DNA of 64,000 bases from Phoronis australis (GCA_002633005.1 NMRA01000069.1:158203-222202), one strand, 5' to 3'; shown: positions 38,641-52,219, counted from the first letter of the stretch. The notes: generated from the sequence alone by a model not told the origin. A program made the numbers and translations.

Positions 38641-40325
38641 CGTTTCCTAATGAAACTGATAGTGAAAGAGAATCCCATATCATCGACGTGTCTCGTATTT
38701 CTTTTTTATAGGAGTCTCTCCATTCCCGAATCTTTCAACTTAAGACTCAACTTGTGAGGAAATGCACCATGAAAAAAGTTCAACTTGTCCGTGAGGACTG
38801 GGAGAATGCTTATATGCTGTAGATTATTTGTGAGTTATGGTAGTCATCATTTTGGGTCATGCGCTAACGGGTTTTTCAGATTAACTCCACTATGCGATCT
38901 GTGATTGTAGTAAATGTGGTTACGACACTAGTGAAATCGACTTTGCGTCGTTTACCCGCCCTGGGTCTCCCAACTGTAAGCCCTCATACCAAACGTTTCA
39001 TTTCATGCAGACAAAAGCCGGGGAAATTCACACTAGTTGTAGCAGAATTGAGTGGAAAAAATACAAAACAGCAATCGATGTTAGTGACCGATTGATACAA
39101 TAGTTTTCGAGCTCAACAAAGACTTCCCGGTGGCAACCAGGACATACATGTACAAATTGTGTGTACGAGAAAAGGACGATGACGTCTACGGCATCAACGC
39201 CTCTATACAAATTGCTCAAGAAAACATTTTTCTCAAGAAACTATAAAATCACGTGGTATCAATTGCTCTCTTTTTGACTTGAAGGTGTACAACATTAAAC
39301 TAACCCTTGGGGGTTGTAGCTGAGACGTGGCAATGTTTCTCTACTCCGCCAAAGTCACAAACTTGACGTTCAATGCCAGCGATGTCTGCTTTTCCGGTGA
39401 CAAAATTTAAAGATATGCTAAGACACTGCGTGAGGGCTTCGCTAGACTTTTTTCAGTAAGTGCGCACCAACTCCGTAGTAGAAGACATTATGTCCACGCA
39501 TGTGCTAAAGGCAAGTTGTGTAATCTGAGCATCACAGTTCTGACACCGGGAGGAATATGTGATGTTCATTTTGTGCTAAGGCTTCAGCATGCATAAATAT
39601 CACCACACAAAATGAACTCCACGTTCAAAAATTGCGTTAACTACCTGGATTTTCTGTAATGCAAATGCTGCACCTCGCCGGTATCGAACACAACTTTCCA
39701 TTTCTCTGAAACGGCCAGTGTGTTAAGATGCGTCGCTTGTAAAATGAAGATAAATTTAGCAATTCACTGCAACTTACCTGCTTCTACCACCATGAGGACT
39801 GAAAACCAAATGACAAAAATCGCCAACACTTCCTTCATTATTAGTGTAGCACATTGGTCATCAGGGCGGAATAAACGCATCTCGGAACTTGTTTTACCTT
39901 CACGCAAACACCTATGTTGAAAATGTGCAGCATGTGGACAGCAGCAGGGATATACTTAGCCACTCGCCCAGTCGGCAATGCGAGTAATAATGGTGCTGAG
40001 CAAGTAGAAGTTTACTTGACGATTTTCCAGGCTGCAATCAAATTTTAGAGCACAATAAATACTCTATCGTTTTCCAGATGAAAGTTAATAATTTTTCTCT
40101 TCCTGTGCTGTTTTATGATGAATTTATGATTAATTTTGGCCCCCGTCTCGATGCCTCCAGCATTAAAACCATCAACTCAGTGCGCTCCTACCGAGTCAGT
40201 AGATATTAACCGCTACGCGATTCGAGAGACAAAAGGTCAAAGCGATTGGTCCTTCCTCTGGTGGTTCCCTCGCTTGTCACCTACGTGCCTAGCCAGCACG
40301 CAAATAACACGCAGTAGCACGCGCT

Positions 40326-40855
40326 TTACCATTGGCTGGTGTAACCTCGGCAGTCATTGGTTAGCTTTACAACAACGAGAAAAAATAGCGGACTACGAAC
40401 CCTTTTTGCCTTGTCGTGCAAGTGGCGTAGCAGCAACAATTTGGTTTCTGCAGTAATGTTTAATAGCCGCGTGCTTGAAGCACATACATGTACATGTACA
40501 ATAAACACATATTTGGCCAATTTAACCGGTGCGGTATTATTCATACTGTATAAATACAGGACAGTATCGTAAACAAATGTCATCGACAGTAGAAAGAGGC
40601 ACTCCAAAAGGGCGCAACCACAATTTCTGGATTCAGATTTCATGAAAATATATTTTAAGCACTGATTTGTCTGTACAACAGACCACATTTACACTTGCTC
40701 CATCAAGCACGCAGCTATTAAACATCACTGCAGAAACGAAATACTTGCTGCGACGCTACTTGCATGACAAGGCTAAAAATCGTTCACAGTCCGCCATTTT
40801 TTCACGGTGTTGCAAAGCTAACCAATGACTGCTGAGTTACATCAACCAATGCTAA
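40326..40855. repeat. Long inverted repeat element (~150-bp arms, ~225-bp spacer); partial second copy at 46895-47316
   Basis: 40326-40478 is the diverged reverse complement of 40703-40855. Confidence 0.8.
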
Positions 40856-42294
40856 CTCCTTAAAGTGGCACTGAACAGTTAGGTTGCGGCCGCGGCCATG
40901 TTGCACTGCCAACATATTAAAATTTTGGGGTAGGCCAAGTTTGGAGGCATTTTGTAGGTGGGCATTGCATGTAAGCTTAGTAAATGTGGTTTGTTTTTGT
41001 ATTTGTGAACATGCTGAGAATAAAAAAGGCCACTTTCTCGGCTGTAGCTGCACTCTTCTTCAAGATGGCGGCCCCCGGTTGCAATTGTGCATTACTGGGT
41101 AGCGACTGAGAAATAGGCTGCGATTTTAGGTAGCCCTCAAACAAGCCAGAATTGCCAAAAGATTAGTTAGTTGACAGTATTTTTGGACCACATTTTCTGA
41201 ATTTGTAGGAAATTTGCTTTCAGAATCTAATGTTGGTTTTAGTCGTGTATCGGCAGAGAAGTGGTGTTTTTGGGTGAAAAGTGCTGATTTTGCACTTTTT
41301 TGCCCCTATTTTTCTTTTTCGAGCTTGGTTTTCAGTGGGAGTGAAAAGGTCAAAAATACAAGAGAGAATAAAGTTTCTGCGCTCATCTGTGGGCCGTTTT
41401 ATGTGAAATAACTGAGAACATGTCATTCTTTGCATCCTGTATTAGACAGAGTGAAGAAAAGGTGACAAATCAAGTGATGTGTGTTTTGCTGGGCGAAATC
41501 CAGAGAGAACTCTTCTGTGCCTCCTTATTGTACGGTGTAATTTTAACCAAGATTATTTAAAATATATAACATCGAAAACACAAATAAATAACAGTGATAG
41601 GCCTTGTTATCGTTACTGGCAAACTAAAATAAATATACATTTTGACGTGGCAAAGTAGTTACCCACCGTATTCTAGACCGCGAGAGGACTTTGGAGAATT
41701 ATGGTCCAAGGGGCGTTAGCCCCGGGAGCGATAATTCTCCAAAATCCAAGAGGACTCTAGATAGGGGGGATAACGACTGAGAGAACATGTAATAATTAAT
41801 TCATAACAAGTACTGAACTAGAAACATTGCAATGAATCGATCTCCCTTTATCGTTTCGCCTCGGCTTTGTAACTACTTTCTACAGGTATGTCAGTGGTCT
41901 CGGGTCGGAGGTCGTGACCTTTCAAAAAAATCCGAGTTATTTCTGTCAAAGTAATGTTTTTACTCAAAACCAATTGAAAATTTAAACAAAACAGAAATAA
42001 AGTGAATCTATAAATTAAGTTTTAGCAAACTAATTTAGCTAGTTATTATGCGTGGCTTCTACCGTGAAAATATCGTCTGCTAAAATAGGTAACCACTGGT
42101 AACTGAGTATAATGCCCCAGTCAAAGGATCCCGACGACACGATACCCGCATTCAAATTGGAGATCGATGATTTACAAGTGAGAGAAAATGAGAGATAAAT
42201 TTCACTGAATTAAAATATCGTTTTTATTGAAGTTATGCGTCTTGATTTTTATAGCGTATACACAAAACTGTAAATGTCGGTGCAATGCCGTTTG

Positions 42295-42634
42295 TTGAGC
42301 TTGTGAATAAAACAACAAGAATGGATCAACTGAAATTTTCGGATGTAATGACGTCCTTTGTCAACAGAAACAGAAATAAAGTAAAATCAAACAACACTCT
42401 ATGATAATTGACATTTAAGATATGGTGTAATGAATATAGTGTTGTTTGATTTTACTTTATTTCTGTTTCTGTTGACAAAGGACGTTATTACATCCGAAAA
42501 TTTCAGTTGATCAGTTCTTGTTGGTTTATTTACCTATTTATATTCTACATTTCGTGAAACAATAGTATCCTTTTGGAGGATCTGGATCGCCTCATTTAGT
42601 TTCAGATCTATTTTCTACGTTATTGAGCTTGTGA
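42295..42634 (+). mobile_element. TSD-flanked fold-back insertion with hammerhead-like motif (Penelope-like)
   Basis: Direct repeat TTGAGCTTGTGA at 42295-42306 and 42623-42634; ~95-bp inverted arms; unpaired 3' tail; CTG-TTGACAAA-GGACGT-TATT-ACATCC-GAAA-ATTT-CAG motif. Confidence 0.68.
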
Positions 42635-45600
42635 TTATTGCGTGTGCTCTTTTAAGTATTCCATTTTCACGTTCGATGACTTCAGCTGCTGAGTGGTGCA
42701 GTGGTAAAGACGACGACTCGAAACCATAGACATCACATAGACCGAGCGCGCACCACTCAGATAGATGGAGCTCGCGTTGTCAAAATGACGCCATATTGGA
42801 GAGTGCTACACAGGACAAAAATGGCGGGAAACACTGGGAGCCCTACAGCATCAATTAGAAAATTCGGGGGCTTGCAGTGTTATGCCTGCAGCTAAAGAAT
42901 TGCAACTTAAAAAGTTTTTTGGTCTGGCCATTGAGTCAATGATGGTTTGTTTGGTTTGAACATGTAGTTTAGTGGTGCTGCCACTAGGTTTTTTTCGCTT
43001 AGGGGCCTTTTTTGCTTTACAAAATATGCGCAAAAAGCAAAGAGCATAGTAACCAAAATATCAAACGACTGAATTACGCATCGGACCATTAGTATACCCA
43101 AAATACAGAATTTTCCACTAGAAACCGAGTGGAAATATACCCAACAGAGCCGGTGTAGCATTAAATAATGACCTCGTGAAAATGACCAGGTTTAGTTTTT
43201 TCACAAGGTCTAATTTTAATGTGAAAAATTTTCAGACCAAGAAAAAATGACCTGTGAAAACCTGTCTTGTCATTATTCAACAATTTGCCCGCACCAGGGG
43301 GTTGGGATCAGGGGAGGATCCAGGATTTTGAGTTAGGGAGCCAGGGCACAGGAATAACATGAATTTCACCACATGCGCGCGCCCAGCCTAAGATGTAAGG
43401 ATGCAGGGTTCTTGAACTTTTGGATTTGTTGGCCCTATTATTAAAAAAAAACGTAAACGGGGTTTGTTCGAGGCCCCCGAGCCCCCTGGGTGCGCGCATA
43501 TGCTAGTCAGCCATTCCCACCCCAGACTGCCAAATGATACCTTGGAGAATTTTATGGGGGGCATGGTCCCCTTGCCCCCCAAAAAAATCCGCCACTGGGG
43601 ATAAACAGACATGTTACCCGCAATCAATTTCAGTGATGGGGTGCCCTTTTTGCCAGACGATTATCAAAAAAGGTTAGAAATTAAGCTAGATCAACACAAG
43701 AGGTAACAGCTTAAAACCAGTTGAAAATTATTCACCGTAAGCCTAGGTATCACTAGTAAACACTGCCAGACAAATCAAACAGGCCCGTAGTATGGTAAAA
43801 ATTATTGGGGGTGCACAAACCATTTTGACTTTGCCAAACTCCCCACCCACATCGCCACCACCACCGACAACTCCCCCACCCCCGTGCTCTCGATGACGGC
43901 CACCGTATTTGTGCCGAATTCTCCACGTCCGCTCTGGGTCACTAAGAGGGACAATCCCGGTGATGCCGGATGCAGCCATCAAGAGTTGCCCAGTAACCCT
44001 GAACCAACATGGAGAGTAGTAATAGCTAGGCCTAGGACAAGCACACTGACTGGAAGTAGGTATAGCTGAGATCTAACAGCCAGTGGTAAAATACATAATT
44101 CCCGATAAATTAAAGATAGTCTCTGGTCAGCTCAGCTATGATTCCCTTCAGACAGGCAGTGGCTTTAAGGTCAATAAAGCTTTATTTTATTATGGTCATT
44201 TTTGGAAGTTTTTTTTTTGAAGATATGAGGTTCCGAGGTAGCTGGCATAGTGCCTTTGGGCTGCTTCAAAATCCCTCGTTGAAACACGACCTGTTGTAAA
44301 GAATAGACAATTGTGAACTGGCGACAGTGTTCAGCGATTGTTTCTGGGACAGTTATATGTAAATGAACTGTTGTCAGGATGCATTCAAATGTTCGACCTA
44401 AGTGGGGCAGTCGAGAGTCAGCCGTGGCAGGGTTTAGACGTGTTTAGGAGCTGTTCAGAGAAAGGGGAACATTTGTGTCGACAGTGAAGACTTGTGACAT
44501 TCAGCGGACAAAGTGGGGACCGCAAGATGATGGTGTTCAAAGTCGGATGCTGAAAGAAGAGCACTGACTACAAGTGAATGTGCACAAACTGTGTGAAATG
44601 ATAAGTTGGACTCTTACTCAGTGATGTTAGTTTGAGTGCCGCACGAGAGTGGTCGACCCAGTTATGAAACTTATTAGTGTTTGTGTGAAAAATGTTCATT
44701 TAATGTTGAAGTTCATTAAATATTGTTTCTTTTGAACTTGTTATTTTCTACTGAATTGTCTCATTGAAGTCACGTCGTGACACCGGTAGTCCAGTTTTTG
44801 GTAGTTGGGGTGAATGATGCAGAGAGTTTCCTAAAAATGTTCATACGTCAACGCCTGGAGTTCCGTGGGTCACTGAGTTTCTGCTCTGGTCTACTGTATG
44901 ATTACATTTTATTTTCAAGTTGCGTCCGTCAGTCATGAAGTGCACGGGATGGGAATCGGGAAAGCAAACAATTCAGTTTGAAGAACAAAAATTAAAATTC
45001 ATTGCTCATTGGGACTTGAAACTAAAAACACTAAGGAAGTGCAAAGACAGCCTTTCTAAGCAATGAGTTTAATTTTATTTAAGGACTTTTAAATCTTTTT
45101 TCGATCTACGGTTTCTGAGTGAATTTCTTGGGCAAACATCGTTCACAGTAAGTACACTTCATTATTTGGGGATCGGATTATAGAGTTTTTCCAACTTCAG
45201 GCTTAAATTAAATTCACTGAAACATCATCAATTCTTACAATATTTGATTCTAATTGTCGAAAATCGTCTATGACTCTATGTATTTTTGTAGATACTTAAG
45301 TAAACTAGAAAGCAACCAATTTGTTTGTCAAAGCAGAATGTTACAAGCAATTTCCGCTGGCATGCTCTCAAAATTTTGACGGGGAACCGGGAGAACATGT
45401 TAAATGGGGCACTCGTATTAAGGTGTATTTTTGCTCATTTCAGAGGTACCTATCACGGTTCACGAAATAAATTTGAAATCCACTGACAAAAATAAATGCT
45501 GAAATTATTGGTTATGATTGCGAGTGATCTTTGAGAACCCCCTTTCAACATCATGTTCACGGTCATCACAAATAGATGCCTAGACAGCAGTGTTTTCCAC

Positions 45601-46894
45601 ATGTGGGAATTCCTTAGAAGCAAACCATAGTAACTATCTTCAAAAGGGATACGTTTAACTTAAAGCTTGTGATACTATGGGAAACAGTGATTTATGTTAT
45701 AACTAGCCATCGGAAATGGTCATAATTCACTGCAGTTTTCACTTTCTTCAAAATTCCACCGTTTCGAAACCAGTCTATCCTATTGCATTTTTTCATATTT
45801 TTGGTTGTTTGGGTCTAATGTCTTGATACTGTTGTGCTGTGCACGAATGTTTTTGTTGTTTGATGAGTTTGGAATATCAACTTCCCTCGTGAATTCTTGG
45901 CAAGAGTCGGATTTACATGAGGGACGAAGGGACATTTCCCCCGAACTGCTCCACCAAGCGAGGGTCACGTCTGAAATAGGGCACCTTAAGATAGAAGGCC
46001 AAACACGATTAAGCTTGGAACAAAGAGAGACAGTTCATTCCACCATCGTGTGGTCACAACAGGACGACACAGGAAGTGACCTTCACCATGAAAGTCGGTT
46101 GCACAATTTCACAAAAAAACAGCAAATTAGGGGTAATCGATTACAGCATTGGGCCCTCTCTCCGTGAGCAGCCCCTTAAGAATTTGATAATAAAAACACA
46201 AAAAGGGTGGCCTCTTGAATGTCATCAGTGGCTTCCTTCGAGGGTGGGGACCCTAAATATGAAAATATGTTCATTTTCAAAAATCAGGAAATGCGCAGCA
46301 ATTGATGTTATGTGTCAGGTTATCATTTTCTCTTAAATGATAAACAGTTTCGAGAGAAAAAAAATAAAATGAAAGTTGTCTCCGTTATCCCTTGCCAGAG
46401 AGGGGCCTCTGGAAACATATAGTTTTGCTTTCGCAAAATTGACTTATTGAGTTTTGAAATCCATGATTAGTACCCTTCGCTTTACAATTTTTTTCATTGT
46501 TCGAAATATATGTATGAATGTTTACGAGCACGTTTTCAAGTGCGTTTAGACGACCTGTGCTGCGGAAGCGGAGACCGTAACAACAATGTCTTGTCCAGGG
46601 TCCTCAAAAGGTAAACCATGCACTGATAAAGAGCTTTTAAATGTTCTATTGAATTTTCTCTCTTATTCGTATTTCGCAGACTTTCGTTTCTCGACTGTCT
46701 CCGGCCCCACGTCTATGTAGGTTACCACAGGTTAACCCTAACGCCTGAAAATGTTTGGGGGAACCGTAGCCCCTCGCTTCCTACCGCCCTGTCTAGTGAT
46801 GAGTTACCCCCGCCAAACAAGCCCAAATACTTGAGTTGAGCTAGATCAACCCATCAGGTAACCGCATGAAACCAATTGCACGATGCTCAGCCTC

Positions 46895-47316
46895 GCTGGT
46901 TCCCTGCGTGCTCAGCCCAGTTAGCACGCAGGTATCACGCAGTGGCACGCGCTTTAGCATTGGTCGATGTAACCTCGGCAGTCATTGGTTAGCTTTACAA
47001 CACCGTGAAAAAATGGCGGACTGTGAACGATATTAGCCTTGTCATGCAAGTGGCGTCGCAGCAACTATTTCGTTTCTGCAGTGATGTTTAATAGCCGCGT
47101 GCTTGAAGCACATACATGTACAATAAACACATATCTGGCCGATTTAACCGGTGTGTTATTCATACTGTCTGAATACAGGACACTATCGTAAACAAAAGTC
47201 ATCGACAGTAGAAAGATGCATTCCGTAAAGGCGCAATCACAATTTCTAGGCTTCACATTTCCTGAACATAAATTTTAAGCACCGATTTGTCTGAACAACA
47301 GACCACATTTACACTT
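46895..47316 (+). repeat. Partial copy of the 40326-40855 inverted-repeat element
   Basis: Matches ~40260-40696; stops just before the N at 47321. Confidence 0.8.
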
Positions 47317-47321
47317 CAGTN

Positions 47322-48566
47322 CAGTTTTCGAGTGTACTCGAACTGAAGTGTATCTCATCTATATTTCGAGTATGATTTTGAGTAAAAATTCGGAGTCTAT
47401 GCTCAAATTTCAAGTTTGGTATGGCAGTGTGCTTGAAATCGTACTCGAAAATAAATACGAGCCAGAGAACAAAATATCGAAAGGGAACCAAGAAACACAG
47501 CAAATCTAAAAAATAAGTCCTCTTACCCTATCTCAGCACTTCAATTTCAGTTCAGAGATAATAGTTTTCATCTTAAATCTTCTCATTCTTCACCTTATTA
47601 ACCTGCCGTATCACTGTATGTTATGGCCGCCATTGTACCTCTACAATTCCTGGCAACACGCGCATTGTAATCCCTTGTCGGCGAGTCATAACAAGCGTCG
47701 AAAGCAGTTGTGGGAAAAGTCCTGTGAGAAGTTTGTGCTGCCCTTATTTCGGTATGTGTGCCTGCGTTTTGTAGGGTTTCCAAAAGACGAGGAGTGGAGG
47801 GAAGTTAAAAAAAGTTCGCTTCCCTGTCAGGTACATTTCTCATCATAATTTAGTCATCTATAATTCCTCAATACCCAAATGGAATTCCAGATTTTGTTTG
47901 CCGATTTCTAAGTAGACGTCTCGTTCCGTACACTGCCACGGGTGAACTCTGAATGCCTGCACAAGTATTGTTTTTTAACTCACGTGCCAAATGTCAACTC
48001 ACTTGATACATCCCGGTAAAATACAAAAGATACAGTATCAAAGTTTGACATCAGCGTAGGCCTACACAGCAATGGGATTTATTTCAAGAATAAATTAGCA
48101 ACAGAGTTGTGATGTGATAAGCTGTTACAAATTTCTTAAGACATTTTCGGGACTAGGTGAGGAACTCAAGAAGCAAAGCTTAATAATTGCCAAATGTATC
48201 AAAGAAATGGCATAATAATATTTATTGAAACTAAAAAATGAATAACAGTTACAGAACACTCAGAATTCCACGCTATAGACATACTCTTGTAGTTGTAGCG
48301 ACAGCAGACGATAATGTAGGCCTAGTTCTTGGGGTGGTCTATTCCAATAGGGAGCGATGAATCAGCGCGGCTTTGCGTGATTTTGCATTTCACATCGTAA
48401 AGAGTTCCATAACAACTCGAGTATGAGTGTCAGATTTGAGTACCTTTGGAGTCTACTCTAAATACGACATTGTATACGCTTTTTTGAGTACTCCAGTGAG
48501 CACGATTTTGAGTATGAAATCTCGAGTATGAGTATGAGTCTGAGTACGGAGATTGGAGACCGGGCC
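47322..48566 (+). mobile_element. Near-identical 5'-incomplete copy of the 30309-31671 Harbinger-like element
   Basis: Colinear with ~30447-31671; ends GAGTACGGAGATTGGAGACCGGGCC|CTG. Confidence 0.88.
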
Positions 48567-48583
48567 CTGGTATTTTGCAAACG

Positions 48584-48780
48584 TCGACACTGTAGATTAA
48601 AAACAGGACGATCGAAGAAACAAATAAAAAAGTTCCTGTTCAATCAACGTTTCTTCTATTCTTGTCATTCTAGACATAGATAGACGAAACGTTGATTGAA
48701 CATGAATTTTTTATTTGTGCGGCGATCGTCCGGTTTTTAATCTTATTGTGGCCAAAAACTGATTTAATCGACACTGTAGA
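48584..48780 (+). mobile_element. Small TSD-flanked fold-back insertion (Penelope-like)
   Basis: 13-bp direct repeat TCGACACTGTAGA at 48584-48596 and 48768-48780; ~60-bp inverted arms; short unpaired tail; GACGAAACGT in the arm. Confidence 0.6.
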
Positions 48781-49321
48781 GTTTTCGGTATGGCCTTTGA
48801 CGTAGCTTAATTAGGGGCAAGGGAAATCTGTATGCACAACGAGGACTCTAAGCTTTATGTTCATGGGATGAGACGGAATTTGCAATACCAGAAACAAGGA
48901 TTTTGTGAATTGAGCTATCAAACACTGAAAACACATATGGCATGATTTTGGCACTTTCATACACTTGGACAGAATGTTGGTATGAAGTAAACACAATTTT
49001 CAACATTTGTAGAGGTATAGTTTATACATGGCATGCTATGTCGTACGCTGTACATTTTCATAGGTCAATATTACTATTTGTAGCCTTTACCTGATGACAT
49101 TTTCCTTTATGACATTTATCATCGTACTCTTATTGTTTTTGTCACAATTTTTATCACTCTCGGTAAGAAATCGATGTTTCGGTGTCGTATTGCACAACTC
49201 GACGTTACTATACTTGTGTATTGAATTTTCTCTTCGAAAGCGTACATTCATCATAAAATATTTGGTATTTGGAATGACTATGTAAGATGCAACAGGCAAC
49301 TATGCCATATTTACGGGCGTT

Positions 49322-49383
49322 TCACGTAGAATTGTACTTGACATAGATGGCCATCACATCCGCTGAGCCCAGTGCTGGTCCAT
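49322..49383 (-). CDS. Secreted PAN/apple-like + uncharacterised-domain protein, exon 5 (terminal)
   Basis: ttttgtag|AT acceptor, phase 1; encodes (D)GPALGSADVMAIYVKYNST*. Confidence 0.8.
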
Positions 49384-51104
49384 CTACAAAATATAAACGG
49401 ACAATCGTTATGCAGAGCATTGGAACCGAACCCAAAGTGTAATTTGCATTCCGTGCGACTTAAACAGTGCGCACTGTTAATCAGTTCCTGTTCAGCTCAT
49501 ATTTACATGCATTACCAGTCTAATGAGAAATGAACATAATCTGGAAGCGCTCAACAAGAGTAAGAAGTCACTCGTCAAGACCGAAATGGCCAATATGGGG
49601 TACCGCACTGGCTCGATGTCGTCATATACCTCGGAATCCTTTTTTATATATCACCAGCAAACGCTAGTTCGAAACAAACATATGGAACATGGACATGGTG
49701 AAGCTGCTTGGCATCACCATCCAATTAGGGTTTCACGAGCTCTTCATCATACAACTGGACAACAGACGGACAAAATGACAATAAGGGAGCGCTGCGGTAG
49801 TCAGAATAGCTTGAAAATCAATCGTTTGGATAGAATGCTGTCACAGGTCTCTGTTTCAAGTTTCGTTGAAATCCGTCATTTGGTTTTCAAGATATCGTCC
49901 GAAAACTGACTTCGTCCCAAAAGTACTAACATCCTTGTCGAGACCAAAATGGCCAATAAGAGGTACATCAGTTGTCGACTCTGACCGAAAATTTACTGAT
50001 GCCGGTGCATTGCCGTCAAATATCTAAGTGTCAAGTTTCATTGAATTATATCCATTGCTTCTCAAGCTATTATCCGGAAACGCTCTGTTTACCCACTTAC
50101 CCACAATGCAGCTGAAAAAGCCAATGTCGAGACACATACTTCTGTGTCACGTTTCACTGAAATCCGTCCATTGGTTCTATTGATATTGTTCAAAAACGAT
50201 ATTTCCTCACTTACGCGGCCCTGGGGAGCGAGGCATATTTTAATGTGGCGCGCCCAATTCTCGTAATACCTTATACAATACAAAATAATACCTTATATAA
50301 TAAAAAATAATTGCAGGCGGTATGATACACGTTCTACGAGACGTGCGAAGGTCATGCATATGGGCCCATTGCACTGATCACCTAGAACCACTTTACGCTA
50401 TAGTAATACGTACAGATGTAGTTAAAACCGAGATGAGGAGTTAGGAACCTGACACAAGGGTTTATCAATGTGACCCAGTGGTTCACAAGCGTACAACATC
50501 GATTTAAGAAAGTTGCCGCCTACACATGTGGCCACACTGCTTCCTCAAATGCATTAAACATTTGTGCTAACTTTCATCAAGCTCCGATTACCGTTTTTTA
50601 CATCTGGAGCCGACAACCGAGCGCCCGGACAGGATGACGCCACGAGAAATACGGGCATTTTGTAAAAGGATGTTATCAAAATTACCTGCAATACGGCTAA
50701 TAGGGCGTATCTGTGTGCTGTAGTGACTTATATGCCTTTCAGTTCGGCACTGGTGAAGTATGTATACGCACGAAGCGCGGCATATTATCTTGTGCGTCTA
50801 CGCCCGATTTCTCCTTATTATACCGTACGTAGACGCTACATTGAAAATGAAAAAGATGGGAGTACTGCGTCTACGAACGTCTATGCCCCCACTACACCAC
50901 TGCTGTCTTTTGGTCAGTCGTATCATATACATGTATGCCCCTTTTCACGAAATTAAATATCAGAATGTAATACAAAACTACTTTACAAGTAACGAAATAC
51001 CTCATGGTTTATGGTTTCAAGAATCGCAAGGCTAGCTGATAAAACGGACACTATCACAACACGGTGTGTTTTGGTTCATGTTTGCTACGCCAATGTGAAC
51101 TTAC

Positions 51105-51289
51105 CTAAATCCGAGTTCAAATTCGCCTTTGTCAGACCCTTACTGTACAAAAACAGTGGGTATGTGGAACCTCTGTCTTCCCAATCGCACACACCTTCAC
51201 CGTCGATCACTACAACCCATCCGTTATCTTCGAGACAGTTACCGTACGTGGCCGTAACAGCAAATTTACGGTTGCGGTAGAAGGTGGTT
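51105..51289 (-). CDS. Secreted PAN/apple-like + uncharacterised-domain protein, exon 4
   Basis: ttttttgtttcag|A acceptor, G|gtaagt donor. Encodes TTFYRNRKFAVTATYGNCLEDNGWVVVIDGEGVCDWEDRGSTYPLFLYSKGLTKANLNSDL. Confidence 0.87.
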
Positions 51290-52219
51290 CTGAAACAAAA
51301 AAAATGTATTATAGCATTCCTCATAATGTTTCTCAAGAACAGTCACTGAAGTGTAGTGCAAAATTTTGATTTTCTTAAAATGGTGCACAGACGCCAGAAT
51401 GTATGGGAACAGTGAACTCATAGATAGTCACGTCCATCAATAATAACCTTGTCTATTAGTTGAAATGCACGTAACTTGTATGTTAAAGAGCACTCTGGAG
51501 ACGTAATACAGTGCAAGTCTGTCTAAATTTGACGAATTAAAATCTTCCTTGGGGTAGTCGCCACGCTAAAGGGCCGTGTACATAAGACGAGGAACCCCGG
51601 CATAAGAACGGAACCGTGCGATGAAAGCTCTAAATATGACGCAAATTATGAGAACGCGGCGCATTCACGTCATTCTTAAGCTTAAAACATGATTTGAAGC
51701 GAATCTAAATAAAAACAAGCAAAGACGATTACGTGTTTCCTTTGTCTACTGCTGTTTTTGTTATCCGGCTTAATGACAAATAGGTGCATCATCAGGTGAT
51801 CTGAGAAATTTGGACTAAGGGCTACGCGAATACAGTGAGTGTGCCGCTGGAGAATTAAAAAATCCGCCCTGTAAGAGAATCAGTGAGATAAAAACACCTC
51901 CAATTTGTGAATAGGCGTGACTAAAAGGGACCCATCAATGGAGATCTTGTAGTAAAAGTCATCTTTTTCTACAGTTTCAGTCCCCATATTGTTACTCTGT
52001 AGGGCTTTTAATCCTATAAAAAGCTAATTCTTTGAATTGAAATCCAATGAAAAACCAATTGGAGTGTACATATACTATTCATATAACATAATTATCGTTT
52101 ACATAAAGCATGAACAACTCTGCAGCGTAAACTTAAAAAAGTGATACCCATGCTTAGCCCCAAACCAATGGTTAACTATTATGTGGAGAATTTACTCGTG
52201 AACACCACCATTTCGTAAG

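Noticed and set aside
43895-43960. Possible HDV-like ribozyme (CTCCACGT loop)
   Set aside because: The P3/P1 pairings could not be formed.
44295-44906. Possible solo LTR (TGTAA...TTACA)
   Set aside because: No matching TSD and no second copy in the window.
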